64,000 nucleotides of DNA from Candidatus Parcubacteria bacterium (lineage in GTDB: Bacteria > Patescibacteriota > Minisyncoccia > Phycocordibacterales > CAIJYI01): contig JAPLYL010000002.1 of assembly GCA_026395595.1 (NCBI GenBank), positions 122,111 to 186,110 of the forward strand, in the 5' to 3' direction. The notes under the pieces were generated by a model. That model did not search any database. It had not been told where the DNA came from and was given only the letters and a program-made list of their open reading frames with translations. The position numbers and the translations under genes were made by a program. Positions within the stretch are counted from its first letter, which is position 1; every line of letters starts with the position of its first letter. Positions 1 through 9,868 of the stretch are shown one piece after another.

Positions 1-435
1 ATAAAAAAAATATTTTTATCAAGAACAGCCACCATTCTTTTTTCTTTTTTTATAGGTTTAAGTATTATTGTTGGGTCTTTTATCTATAAAGTGAATAGAG
101 TGAACGGGTATTGCACGACAGATAGCGGCAGATACTGTTTTGCCGGTAAGATAAAAAAAATTAAAGTTTGTTGTAACGGTCTTAAAATTGAAGTTGATAA
201 GCCTCTTGACGGCACTTTTATGTTTACATCAAGTTCAAAGTTATACATGTGGTGGAATCTCTCTCAGGGTCAATGTGTTATGGGAGATGCTGATCCGGGT
301 GGAACTTGCATCCTTATAGAATCATACTGTGAAGAAGAGGAGGAAGTAGATGGTACCATAAGAATGATAGGAACGACGCTTAAGGGCCCGGCAAAAGGAA
401 CCTGTACTAATAAAACAGGCGGAGTTGGCGCCTAG
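1..435 (+). CDS. Cys-rich secreted/membrane-anchored hypothetical protein, 5' end outside the window
   Basis: Frame is open from base 1 (IKKIFLSRTATILFSFFIGLSIIVGSFIYK, hydrophobic segment) into the 114-aa Cys-rich ORF. Confidence 0.6.
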   Translation: MKKIFLSRTATILFSFFIGLSIIVGSFIYKVNRVNGYCTTDSGRYCFAGKIKKIKVCCNGLKIEVDKPLDGTFMFTSSSKLYMWWNLSQGQCVMGDADPGGTCILIESYCEEEEEVDGTIRMIGTTLKGPAKGTCTNKTGGVGA

Positions 436-489
436 TTTGAAAAAAATAAAACAATTCAACAAAAGAAGCAGATTAACCTGCTTCTTTTA

Positions 490-1260
490 TTAAACTTCGC
501 AAAGTTTTTTCCAATTTTCCAAAAGCATATCTTCCGCCCTGATATTTTCAGGGATTCCAAAGCCTTTCATTCTTTCTTTCAGTTCTGTTTCTTTAAAAAT
601 CGCTTTTAAGTTACCGAAAAGTTGTTTTCTTTTATGCGCGAACCCGGCATGGAGGATTTTAAAAAAGCGTTCCTCTGAAATTCCTTTGAAAAAATCGTGC
701 GAAATGGAATCTATAAGTAATATCGCTGAATCAACCTTTGGTGCTGGCGTAAAACTCCCCGCTTTAACAGTTTTTATATAGGTTGGCGTTCCGTAAGCTT
801 TCACGCTTATGGAGAGAAGGCTTTCCTTTCCGTTTTGTGCGATAATCCTTTCCGCTACTTCTTTTTGTACTAAAAGCACCATTTTTTCAGGCTGTTTTTC
901 TGAAGTAAGGAATTTCCGTATGATAAGTCCCGTGATGTAATACGGGATATTGGCAATAAGTTTATAGGGTTCTTTTGGTGAAAAATTGAAATTCAGTATA
1001 TCCTCATAGATAAGGGAAAGTTGGCTTTTTTCCATTCTATCCCTGAATTTTTCTTGAAGAAGCGGTATAAGTTCCGCGTCTTTTTCAATAGCAATAACTC
1101 GCGCTCCTCTTTTTAATAATTCTTCTGTCAAAATCCCCCTCCCTGGCCCTATTTCAAGAATAGTATCACCAGAAGAAACCAACCCAGCGTCAACAATAGA
1201 GGAGACGATACCTGTGTTGGTAAGAAAGTTTTGACCAAGAGATTTTTTAGCGAAAATCAT
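490..1260 (-). CDS. rsmA: 16S rRNA dimethyladenosine methyltransferase
   Basis: KKSLGQNFL, EIGPGRG SAM motif, NIPYYIT, FTPAPKVDS; start moved to ATG at 1260. Confidence 0.96.
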   Translation of the reverse strand: MIFAKKSLGQNFLTNTGIVSSIVDAGLVSSGDTILEIGPGRGILTEELLKRGARVIAIEKDAELIPLLQEKFRDRMEKSQLSLIYEDILNFNFSPKEPYKLIANIPYYITGLIIRKFLTSEKQPEKMVLLVQKEVAERIIAQNGKESLLSISVKAYGTPTYIKTVKAGSFTPAPKVDSAILLIDSISHDFFKGISEERFFKILHAGFAHKRKQLFGNLKAIFKETELKERMKGFGIPENIRAEDMLLENWKKLCEV

Positions 1261-1285
1261 TGTTAAATTGTTAGATGGTTTATAA

Positions 1286-1330
1286 AATTCCAAATATCCA
1301 ATTTCAAATTTCCAACAAAAACAAAAATGT
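1286..1330. repeat. Left inverted-repeat arm (heptamer-like units) flanking the four-helix-bundle gene
   Basis: 1286-1315 matches the reverse complement of 1731-1760 at 27/30; weaker pairing continues between 1316-1330 and 1715-1730. Confidence 0.8.
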
Positions 1331-1347
1331 CAGAATGTTTAAAAACA

Positions 1348-1719
1348 CTACTTTGTGTTAATTTTTGACTTTTTTATTATTGACCTGAAAATAAGTTGGA
1401 GTTCATTAGATTCCTTCCAAAGTATTTTTGCTTCTTTTATGAGATTTGGTTCTGCTTTTGATATCATTCTTAACCAGTGTTTCGTTTCCTTTGCTTCTTT
1501 ATTGCAAATTCCAAGCTTGTGCTCAAAATCTTTTCTTGACTCTGCACAATCAGCTTCGCAGTAATTTGCACCTACACTTGTTCCAGACCTTACTATTTGC
1601 GAAATTAAAGGTCTTGTTATTTCGTTTTTTGGAATTTTTTTACAAAAAACAATCATATTCTCACCAAAACGAGCCGTTCTTTCTTCTAAATCAAAAACCT
1701 TTTTTATTTCTTTCGTCAT
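1348..1719 (-). CDS. Four helix bundle protein (23S rRNA intervening-sequence protein family)
   Basis: LEERT..F, QIVRSGTSVGANYCEA, ESRKDFEHK, KEAKETKHWL motifs. Confidence 0.92.
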   Translation of the reverse strand: MTKEIKKVFDLEERTARFGENMIVFCKKIPKNEITRPLISQIVRSGTSVGANYCEADCAESRKDFEHKLGICNKEAKETKHWLRMISKAEPNLIKEAKILWKESNELQLIFRSIIKKSKINTK

Positions 1720-1760
1720 TTTGATTTTTATTGGAAATTAGAAATTTGATATTTGAAATT
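1715..1760. repeat. Right inverted-repeat arm flanking the four-helix-bundle gene
   Basis: ttggaaattagaaatttgatatttgaaatt, complementary to 1286-1315. Confidence 0.8.
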
Positions 1761-1763
1761 CTT

Positions 1764-3707
1764 TTATAAATATACTATTTTTCCTACCCCAAATTCCCCT
1801 GTCTTTCCTTCTTCTATTTCAACCAATTCCTCCGGTATATCGCTCAAAAATTCTGACGGAACCGTCATATTTCTTGAACCAAAGATTGTTCGTACTGAGG
1901 CATAAGAGAGAAAAAGACGTTTTTTGGCTCTGGTAATAGCCACATAAAAGAGTCGTCGTTCTTCTTCTTTGTGTTCTTGCGATACCCCTGATTCCCCAAA
2001 ACTTCGGTGCGGGAAAAGCCCGTCTTCAAGTCCGGTGATAAAAACCGTTTCAAATTCCAAACCTTTTGCCGCATGTACCGTCATCAAACGAACTCGTACC
2101 CCGTCGCTTTTATGCATAAGCGAATCCTGATCGCTGGCAAGGGCCGCATCTTCCAGAAGTTTTTGTATCCCATCCTCTATAGGGAGCATATCATATTTTG
2201 TTGCAAGGGTAACGAGTTCGTAAAGGTTTTCTATCCTTTCTTGCTCTTCTTCTCCTCCTAAAGACAGCCCGTTTTCCATTCCCATTTCTTTGAGGATATA
2301 TTTTATCGTATCGCTCGGTTTGTTTTTTAGAGCTGTCTCTTTTATTCTTCCGAGAAGCGCTTTAAATTCATATACTTTCTTTTTTGTTGAAGCCGGAAGA
2401 GATTCTGTTTCTCCTGCAAGTATTTTTTTGAGCGTTACTTCCCCTATTCCCCTTGGCGGAACGTTTATAATACGCTTCATATCTATTGCGCCGTCAGGAT
2501 TGAGAGATGCGCGGAGAAAAGAAAGAACATCTTTTACTTCTTTTCTCTCAAAGAATTTTACTCCGAGCACCTGATAAGGAATATCTGCGGAAAGCATAGC
2601 CTCTTCAATCGCGCGTGATTGATAGTTTGCGCGGAAAAGTATCGCTATATCCTGATAAGAAACTCCTTTTTTGGAGAGCTCTTGTATTTTTTCCGCAATA
2701 AAAGAGGCTTCGTTGTTTTCATCGTAGGCTTCGTATATGGATATTTTTTCTCCGCCGGAGCTTTTAGTAAAAAGATTTTTTGGAACGCGTATTTTGTTTT
2801 TTTGAATCACATTATTTGCCGCCGAAAGGATGTTTTGTGTTGATCGGTAGTTTTCTTCCAAGAGTACGACTTTTGCTCCCGGATAATCTTTTTCAAAATG
2901 AAGAATGTTTTTTATATTTGCGCCTCGCCACGAGTATATATTTTGGTCTGCATCCCCCACGACGCAGATGTTGCGTTCTTTTCCGGAAAGAAGCCGTGAA
3001 AGCTCGTATTGTACGGTGTTTGTGTCTTGATATTCATCAATGTGAATATATTGCCAGATGTTTTGATATTTCTCACGGACGGCTTGATTATCACGCAAAA
3101 GCATAAGTGTTTTGAGAAGCAGGTCGTCAAAGTCAAAAGCGCCTTCTTTTCTGGCCTTTTTTTCATAATCCAGCCAAATTTCAGCCACGATGCGCGGGAA
3201 GTATCCGGTATTGGATATTGGATAAAAGGCTTCCGCTGTCATACATTGTCCCTTCTGCTTTGAGATAATGCTTTGGATTTTTTTCGGATCAAATTGTTTC
3301 GGGTCCAAACTTTTCGCCTTAACGGAATCTTTAATGAAATTACGCGAGTCTGTTTGGTCTAAAACCGTAAAATGACGCGGAATTCCCAGTATTTCGTGTT
3401 CGTTACGGAGAATATGAATTCCAAGAGAATGAAAGGTTCCAATAAAAGGAACTTTTTGATAATCGGCATTTTGATCATTCTGAAGAAGCGAATGAATCCG
3501 TTCTTTCATTTCTTGAGCCGCTTTGTTGGTAAAGGTTACGGCGAGAATTTGATTTCCGGGAACACCCCCTTGTATTAAATGAAGAATCCTATGGGTAAGT
3601 GTTTTTGTCTTTCCGGCTCCGGCTCCGGCGATAATCAAAAGAGGTCCATTTTTATGAAGAACCGCTTCTTTTTGCGGTTCATTGAGTCCTAAAGTGTAAT
3701 CTTGCAT
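1764..3707 (-). CDS. pcrA: ATP-dependent DNA helicase PcrA/UvrD
   Basis: AGAGAGKT, TFTNKAA, DEYQDTN, VGDADQNIY, MTVHAAKGLEF, EERRLFYVAITRA. Confidence 0.96.
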   Translation of the reverse strand: MQDYTLGLNEPQKEAVLHKNGPLLIIAGAGAGKTKTLTHRILHLIQGGVPGNQILAVTFTNKAAQEMKERIHSLLQNDQNADYQKVPFIGTFHSLGIHILRNEHEILGIPRHFTVLDQTDSRNFIKDSVKAKSLDPKQFDPKKIQSIISKQKGQCMTAEAFYPISNTGYFPRIVAEIWLDYEKKARKEGAFDFDDLLLKTLMLLRDNQAVREKYQNIWQYIHIDEYQDTNTVQYELSRLLSGKERNICVVGDADQNIYSWRGANIKNILHFEKDYPGAKVVLLEENYRSTQNILSAANNVIQKNKIRVPKNLFTKSSGGEKISIYEAYDENNEASFIAEKIQELSKKGVSYQDIAILFRANYQSRAIEEAMLSADIPYQVLGVKFFERKEVKDVLSFLRASLNPDGAIDMKRIINVPPRGIGEVTLKKILAGETESLPASTKKKVYEFKALLGRIKETALKNKPSDTIKYILKEMGMENGLSLGGEEEQERIENLYELVTLATKYDMLPIEDGIQKLLEDAALASDQDSLMHKSDGVRVRLMTVHAAKGLEFETVFITGLEDGLFPHRSFGESGVSQEHKEEERRLFYVAITRAKKRLFLSYASVRTIFGSRNMTVPSEFLSDIPEELVEIEEGKTGEFGVGKIVYL

Positions 3708-3788
3708 CGCATTATCATATCATAAAGAGTTGATAAATTAAAAAATACCAATCTTTTTTGAGACTGGTATTTTTTTTGGAATGTTCTA

Positions 3789-5003
3789 TCACCCCTTCCC
3801 TCTCTCAAGTATTCGGTATGCGGTGGTATTTCTGTTAAAAAGCGGTTCTAACTTTAATGTTTCACCTTTATTTATATGATCGGCATCTTTCAATACACCC
3901 ATTTTTTGAATTTGTTCTTTGGAAGATCGTTTTATTGCATCATTCAAACCGTCTAAAACAAAATTTTGTTCGCGGGCGGTAATCTTATTGAAAAACGCAT
4001 TTTTTCCGAGGCGAAACTTGAGGATACTGCTTAATGTCCCGTCATTTTCCACTTCGTAAGGTTCCGTTAATTTCTTCATGGAATCTTCAAAAGTTTCTTT
4101 TTTGGGTTCAACTGCTTCAGAAGGAGGGGTTGGTTTTTGGGGGATAGAGACCGACAATGGTTTTTCTGGTATTTTTTCAGGGGATTTTGGTTTTGTCGGA
4201 ATATCTTTTGGTATGTTAAGTTTTGAAAGAATCAAATCAGAAATGGTTTTATCTGTTTCTTTTCTCGGTATATTGGATATTTTGATTTGTACAGGAACTA
4301 TCTTTTTAGGAAGAACAGCTGGTGCATCTTTGTGTAAGATGATCATTTTTTCTAGCTGTTTTTTTATTTCTGCCTCTTTTTTCAGGTCTTTTTCTTCTTT
4401 CTCTTTTTGTGTTTGTTCTGGTATTTGAAGATGGGGTGTTTCTTCTTGGTTATTTTTTTCGGTTTCTGTCGAGGAAGGCAAAGCCTTTTCTGAGATAAAA
4501 GAATGTTCTTTTGTTTCTTCTGGAAGAGGGTATCCTAGTCGTCGTTTAAACTTTTCTATTACTGCGTTTGGCGTATCTGTCGGGAGAATAGCAACCCCGA
4601 GTGATTCTGCCACCTTTTTTGTGTGGTTGGAAATAAACATCAGCACGCCTCTTTCCGCTGAATGGATAATGTCTACTGCTTCTTGCTCTGATTCTGTTTG
4701 TTCTGGAGCTTTGTTTGTTTCCAGTTCTTCTTCTGTTTCTGTTTGTTTGAACGCTATTTTTTCATGGAGATTTTTGAGTTTTGCCAGTATTTCTCCTTCA
4801 GTGAATGTTCCTTGGATTATTTCCGCCGCTTCTTTGGCCAATGCTTCATTTTTTTCTATTTCTTCTGTATCTTCCGTTTGCTTTTGCTTTTCATTTAAAA
4901 GGTTTTGAATATCTTCTATTTCTTTATTTATTTCCACAACAACATCACCCTCGTTGTTCTCAAAGGGTATCACCGGTGTTTGTATGTCGTTGTTTTTTTC
5001 CAT
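3789..5003 (-). CDS. Acidic/Pro-rich hypothetical protein with possible degenerate LysM-like C-terminus
   Basis: 404-aa ORF; YEVENDGTLSSI...DHINKGETLKL resembles a split LysM motif. Confidence 0.65.
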   Translation of the reverse strand: MEKNNDIQTPVIPFENNEGDVVVEINKEIEDIQNLLNEKQKQTEDTEEIEKNEALAKEAAEIIQGTFTEGEILAKLKNLHEKIAFKQTETEEELETNKAPEQTESEQEAVDIIHSAERGVLMFISNHTKKVAESLGVAILPTDTPNAVIEKFKRRLGYPLPEETKEHSFISEKALPSSTETEKNNQEETPHLQIPEQTQKEKEEKDLKKEAEIKKQLEKMIILHKDAPAVLPKKIVPVQIKISNIPRKETDKTISDLILSKLNIPKDIPTKPKSPEKIPEKPLSVSIPQKPTPPSEAVEPKKETFEDSMKKLTEPYEVENDGTLSSILKFRLGKNAFFNKITAREQNFVLDGLNDAIKRSSKEQIQKMGVLKDADHINKGETLKLEPLFNRNTTAYRILERGKG

Positions 5004-5042
5004 TTTTCTTTTTTTAGCCTCCTTTTTGATGATAAAAAGTTC

Positions 5043-5393
5043 TTACGGAAGACCTCTTAAATTTTTAGGAACATCATCTTCTTCGGGAAAGTCTGAAGAT
5101 TCGTGGTTAGGAAGTATGGTGACGCCATTTTTATCTTCTTTTTGAATATATTCTTTTTCCACTGTTTTTTTGTCTGTATCGTCTAAAGATTTCAGTGTCT
5201 CTGGTTCTTTTTCAGGTTCCTCTATCTCTATCCCCTTATCCGCGGAAGAAAATTCAGATTGCAGGGAGGTACGATCTTTGCATGAAGGGTCATCGCATTC
5301 TGTTTTTTGCGCTTTTTCAAAAACTATGCCATGTAATAAGTTTTCAGCATCCTCTTTTGAATTTTGTTCTTTTGTTTTTAAAGATAGGTTCAT
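5043..5393 (-). CDS. Acidic hypothetical protein
   Basis: 116-aa ORF, co-oriented and closely spaced with its neighbours. Confidence 0.55.
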   Translation of the reverse strand: MNLSLKTKEQNSKEDAENLLHGIVFEKAQKTECDDPSCKDRTSLQSEFSSADKGIEIEEPEKEPETLKSLDDTDKKTVEKEYIQKEDKNGVTILPNHESSDFPEEDDVPKNLRGLP

Positions 5394-5404
5394 ACAAGTA
5401 CAAG

Positions 5405-6337
5405 CTATTCTTTTTTTGCTTCATTTTTCCTTATTGTCGGATATATTCTTTGTATAAAAGAGGAAATGGTCTCGTCTTTTTCCGGTTCAATTTCTTCGGA
5501 TAGATTTTTTGTTGCTATTTTTCTTTGTTTTTTTATTTTTGTGATATAATCGCGAAGCCTTCTTTTCCATATATCATTTGTGTTTGGAATACCACCTTTG
5601 TCTCCTTCTTCTGATATTATATCGGTTGCTAACAGTTTTTCCATTGTTTCTCTTGTTCCTGCTGGGGCATTTTCAAAAATACTTCTCATTTGTCCTTCAA
5701 TAATTTTCTTTTGAAAGGTTTCCTCCATGGTATTAGCGGATGAAACAACAGTTGTCTGCTTCTGAATTAAGGTTTGAGGAGAAAATGTTTCTTTTTTGGA
5801 TATGAAACGAGGAAGTACTATCGTTTTTGTGTGAATTTCTATTGGAGTATCGAAACTTTTTATCGGCTCAGTATGTTCTTCAGTAAGAACTTGATTGGGA
5901 AAAACACTTTCGATTTCTGTGGTCATCGGTTTTTTAGGGATAGTAACGGTATTTTTTTCAGAAATCTTTATTTCTTTGGGGATATTTCCTCCCGGATATT
6001 CCCCGAGAAGAAGGGCTTTATCCCATTCGTCCATTTCTTGCGGAACCTCTATTTTTTTGGAAACATTCGTGTCTTTTTTTTGAGCAAACTCTACAAAAGC
6101 AGAGCTGTTCGCTTCAAAATGGTCCCGTACATGAGAAGGAAGCGTTTTTTTGCCCAAAGGAAAGTCACCCTCTCTTCTTATGGCTTCATTTTGTTTATCG
6201 AGAAGCATTGACGGAAGAAAATTGCCACGGTGAGGCGCAAGAGAATTTTCTTCTACTTTTATGATGTCATGTGTTTTTGGTACAGATTGGGGGTCGGCTT
6301 GCGGGACATTTTGTTTTGTTGATGTGGTGTCTTGCAC
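5405..6337 (-). CDS. Hypothetical protein
   Basis: 310-aa low-complexity ORF, GTG start. Confidence 0.6.
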   Translation of the reverse strand: MQDTTSTKQNVPQADPQSVPKTHDIIKVEENSLAPHRGNFLPSMLLDKQNEAIRREGDFPLGKKTLPSHVRDHFEANSSAFVEFAQKKDTNVSKKIEVPQEMDEWDKALLLGEYPGGNIPKEIKISEKNTVTIPKKPMTTEIESVFPNQVLTEEHTEPIKSFDTPIEIHTKTIVLPRFISKKETFSPQTLIQKQTTVVSSANTMEETFQKKIIEGQMRSIFENAPAGTRETMEKLLATDIISEEGDKGGIPNTNDIWKRRLRDYITKIKKQRKIATKNLSEEIEPEKDETISSFIQRIYPTIRKNEAKKE

Positions 6338-6739
6338 AGAGATAATTTTTTAGACTCAATTATTCTTATTCAAAATAATTGAGTATCCTACATTATTCAT
6401 TTTACCCCCAACCCTTGCGAATGACAATGAAATAAGTGTTGAAAAGATTTTAGGGGTATCAATAATAAAAGAATCGCTCTTTTTCCGCCGTTGACTTATC
6501 CGGCATTGTTTCCTATACTATTAATGTGGAAGTAAGGAAGCAAAAGAACAATATAAGGCATTAAATGAGCCTTATTCTCAGACAAACACCGAAACGATTA
6601 ATCTATTTGGCTTATTGCTACTCTCAAACAAGACCCCGACCCTGTTTCAACAGGTTCCTCACAGGAAGTAAAGAATCGGGCGATATATAGCGGTATTTCG
6701 GCTTTTTGCCGAAAAGGGCGCCTGTCTGGTGTTTTTGTC

Positions 6740-7756
6740 GTGTTTGTTATGACTTTTTTCCCGACTTCTTTTGCTTATGCCGGTGTTTTTACTGATTTTA
6801 CTGATTTTTTCGGAAACATACTTCAGCCGGTAAATGCAGACCAGAAAACAGTCAATAGTATTCACAAAAACTCTCAAATAGGAGCCGCTTTGGAAGCGCC
6901 CCTTAATCATGATCTTAATCAGTCTTCTAATGAAGAAATCCCTGTAGAAGTGGATGGTTCTGCTGTTTCCGCTAATCTTTCCGTTACACCCATTACTGTT
7001 AATGATAAGAACACCAATAACACAAATGACCAGATTAGCGTATATGTCGTCCACGAAGGAGACACTTTGTCTCAAATCGCCAAAATGTTTGATGTAAGCC
7101 CGAATACTATCCTTTGGGCGAACGATATTCCCCGAAAAAGTTCTCTCAAAGTGGGGCAAAAACTTGTTATTCTCCCTGTATCCGGTATTCAATATACTGT
7201 TAAAAAAGGAGACACGATAAACAAAATAGCAAAAGCTTTCTCTGCTGATGCTGGCGAAATACGTGATTTTAATGATATACAAGACAGTTCCCTTTCTATT
7301 GGAGACATTATTATCATTCCAAATGGAATGGAAACACCTGCGCCGGTAACAGCTCCGAAAACCATTAAAAAAATACTTACCAATATTTTTTCTCCTGAAC
7401 CAAACATTGAAACAGACGGATATTTTATTCGTCCCGCAAAGGGTGTGAAAACACAAGGAATACATGGACATAATGGTGTTGACTTTAGTGCTCGGTCTGG
7501 CGTTTCCGTTGTCGCGGCCGCTGAAGGCAAAGTACTTATCAGTCTCAGTTCTGGTTATAATGGCGGATATGGAAGCTATATCGTTATCAATCATCCGAAT
7601 GGAACTCAGACACTTTATGGACATTTAAGCGCTAACTTTGTTTCTGCCGGCGATTATGTTTCTCAAGGTCAGCTTATCGGAAACATCGGAAACACAGGAA
7701 AATCAACCGGGCCGCATCTCCATTTTGAAATTCACGGAGCAAAAAATCCATTTTAA
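6740..7756 (+). CDS. LysM-domain M23 family metallopeptidase
   Basis: Two LysM repeats (YVVHEGDTLSQIA, YTVKKGDTINKIA), HNGVD, YGHL, STGPHLHFE. Confidence 0.93.
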   Translation: MFVMTFFPTSFAYAGVFTDFTDFFGNILQPVNADQKTVNSIHKNSQIGAALEAPLNHDLNQSSNEEIPVEVDGSAVSANLSVTPITVNDKNTNNTNDQISVYVVHEGDTLSQIAKMFDVSPNTILWANDIPRKSSLKVGQKLVILPVSGIQYTVKKGDTINKIAKAFSADAGEIRDFNDIQDSSLSIGDIIIIPNGMETPAPVTAPKTIKKILTNIFSPEPNIETDGYFIRPAKGVKTQGIHGHNGVDFSARSGVSVVAAAEGKVLISLSSGYNGGYGSYIVINHPNGTQTLYGHLSANFVSAGDYVSQGQLIGNIGNTGKSTGPHLHFEIHGAKNPF

Positions 7757-7784
7757 AAAACCGCTTCAAACGAAGCGGTTTTTT
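7755..7784. terminator. Bidirectional intrinsic terminator
   Basis: aaaaaaccgcttc-aaac-gaagcggtttttt between convergent genes. Confidence 0.75.
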
Positions 7785-8073
7785 ATGAGATGGTTTGTTC
7801 TCTTTCTTTCATATTCTTTCTGTTTTTAGTGAAAGACATAATCATAAAAATCGTGGAACCCGGCGTGATGGGGAGCATCTCCAATAATCCGTTTACTCCG
7901 GTCATAACCGCTGTTCCTCTCATATCGTATTGCGCAAGCCAAAAAGTAGTCTTCATAAAGGCAATAAAAATCGCCCCGATAAAAGGCAGGAGAATCCCCG
8001 CAGTATCCACTATAATGGCGCAAACCATCCCGCCGGCAAAAGCCACTCCCGACATTTTTTGATTCCCTTCCAT
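7783..8073 (-). CDS. Small membrane protein
   Basis: 96-aa hydrophobic ORF. Confidence 0.6.
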   Translation of the reverse strand: MEGNQKMSGVAFAGGMVCAIIVDTAGILLPFIGAIFIAFMKTTFWLAQYDMRGTAVMTGVNGLLEMLPITPGSTIFMIMSFTKNRKNMKEREQTIS

Positions 8074-8200
8074 AGGATTTTATTATACAACAAAAGATGG
8101 TAACTCCTCACTTTTTATGTGAATATCAGAATCCGTTTCTCTCTATTCTTCAATACTTTTAATTATGTTTTTCTTGGATACTTTTATTATATGCGAGTTG

Positions 8201-8421
8201 TTATACGCCACGGTAAGTATTATCCTCTTTTCTTTCAATCGCGACTAATCTAATATCATTATCTTTTTTTGTAAAAATGATTCGCAAATCCCCTATGCGT
8301 ACCCGATAAAAATCTTTTTGTCCTTTCAGTTTTTTTATGCAAGAATTTTTTCCACACAAACCATTACTCGAGCACGTTCATTGGTTTGTAAAATTCGCAG
8401 AATTTTATCAATTCGTTCCAT
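8201..8421 (-). pseudogene. RelE/ParE-family toxin pseudogene
   Basis: MERIDKILRIL...EKILA* then, in shifted frames, IKKLKGQKDFYRVRIGDLRIIF...AIER and EDNTYRGV*. Confidence 0.7.
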
Positions 8422-8674
8422 GAAGTTTTTTTAATGAGAGAAGCACATCTTTTGCTGATACCCCATTCGGATCTATGGTTGTAAAATCAGCAACTGTTTC
8501 CCATAAACTTTCATCTTCTGCGACTCCGATCGGCGATATTTCGAATATAGGTTGTGAACGACGAGCGACCGTAAAAGAAGCTCCTTTTTTCACTCGAAAA
8601 ATATATTCCTCCATGTTTTCACGAAGTTCTTTAAGTCCGATTATTTACGGTCGTTTTAATTTGAGTGTTTTCAT
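8408..8674 (-). pseudogene. Phd/YefM-like antitoxin with in-frame stop
   Basis: MKTLKLKRP*IIGLKELRENMEEYIFRVKKGASFTVARRSQPIF; overlaps the toxin start. Confidence 0.7.
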
Positions 8675-8719
8675 GCAGTAAGTTTATTTTAAGATAAACT
8701 TTGTGTCAAACTACGCTGA

Positions 8720-9331
8720 TCAGTTCTTCTTCTCCCTATACCCCAACGCTTCAGCAAGATGTTTTTCCTGAATATCTTCACTTCCCGCAAGGTCGGCGAT
8801 GGTTCGTGCGAGTTTGATGATACGGTGATAAGCACGCGGTGAAAGCGATATTCTGGTCGCGGCGGAATTGAGGAGATTTTTCTCTTTTTCGCCAAGTGGT
8901 GCAAATTTTTCCAAATCTTTTGCGCTCATTTCGGAGTTGGTATTTATCTTTTTGTCGGCAAACCTTTTTTCTTGAATTTCTCTTGCTTTTAGTACTCTGT
9001 CGCGAATATCTTTAGAGGTTTCCATTCCTTCCGGCACTTTGTCAGAGAGTTTTTTGTAGTCGATTTCGGCGACTGGTAGGAAAATATCTATTCGATCCAT
9101 AATCGGACCAGAAAGTTTACGTTCATATTTGTAAATATCTCCTGCCGAACAAACGCACTCTTTTTTAGTACCTTTAAACCCGCACGGACACGGATTCATC
9201 GCGGCAACCAAAATGAAATTCGCTGGAAAAACTTCCGTCCCCTTCGCTCTTGAAATGCTCACAAATTTTTCTTCCAGCGGTTCGCGCAAGCTCTCTAAAA
9301 CTCGTTTTTCAAACTCAGGGAATTCGTCTAA
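8720..9331 (-). pseudogene. comM: Duplicated 3' half of comM/YifB (203 aa, starting at LDEF)
   Basis: 13 amino-acid differences by manual count from the C-terminal 203 aa of the 9869-10480 copy; no native start or N-terminus. Confidence 0.85.
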
Positions 9332-9493
9332 GGTATATGTCCTACAAAAAACATTCATTTATATTGTGGGACAACTATTTAGGTTTTTACCATCAAAAAA
9401 ACACTCTTGATTTCTCAAGAGTGTTACGCTGTAATCAGTTTTCTTTATTTCGCGGACAAAGTTTCAGACAAAAACTTATCCCATTCCTTTATG

Positions 9494-9748
9494 TCAACTT
9501 TTTTCTGAGAAAAAAATCGAAATTTTTTCATTCACCTCTTTTTTCATGTTTTCACAAGTAATGGCGTATCCCTGTTGATTATTAGGAATATCTAATTTAT
9601 GGCAACCTTTTTCTCCGTTATGGTTTGTCCAGATGCTATATTCGATCCCGTCTAAATTAATAGAATGTTGATTGTATTCATTTCCATCAGAACAAGCACT
9701 TAATACAAAAATCAAAATTATCACTGGTAATAAAAATAACTTTTTCAT
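9494..9748 (-). CDS. Small lipoprotein
   Basis: MKK + hydrophobic stretch + LSAC lipobox. Confidence 0.65.
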   Translation of the reverse strand: MKKLFLLPVIILIFVLSACSDGNEYNQHSINLDGIEYSIWTNHNGEKGCHKLDIPNNQQGYAITCENMKKEVNEKISIFFSEKS

Positions 9749-9868
9749 TTTTTACCTCTCAATTTTTTAAACAATGGGAAATAAAACTTCAACAAAAGCA
9801 CCAAAAAGTAATATACCCAACCCACATGCAAGTATATAGAATTCTTGATTTTGTGTCAATAGTGTGTT

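Noticed and set aside
1348-1719. Four-helix protein as the Avd of a diversity-generating retroelement
   Set aside because: No reverse transcriptase and no TR/VR pair with adenine-specific mismatches seen in the window
6659-7624. 321-aa minus-strand ORF
   Set aside because: Antisense shadow of the LysM-M23 gene, no motifs
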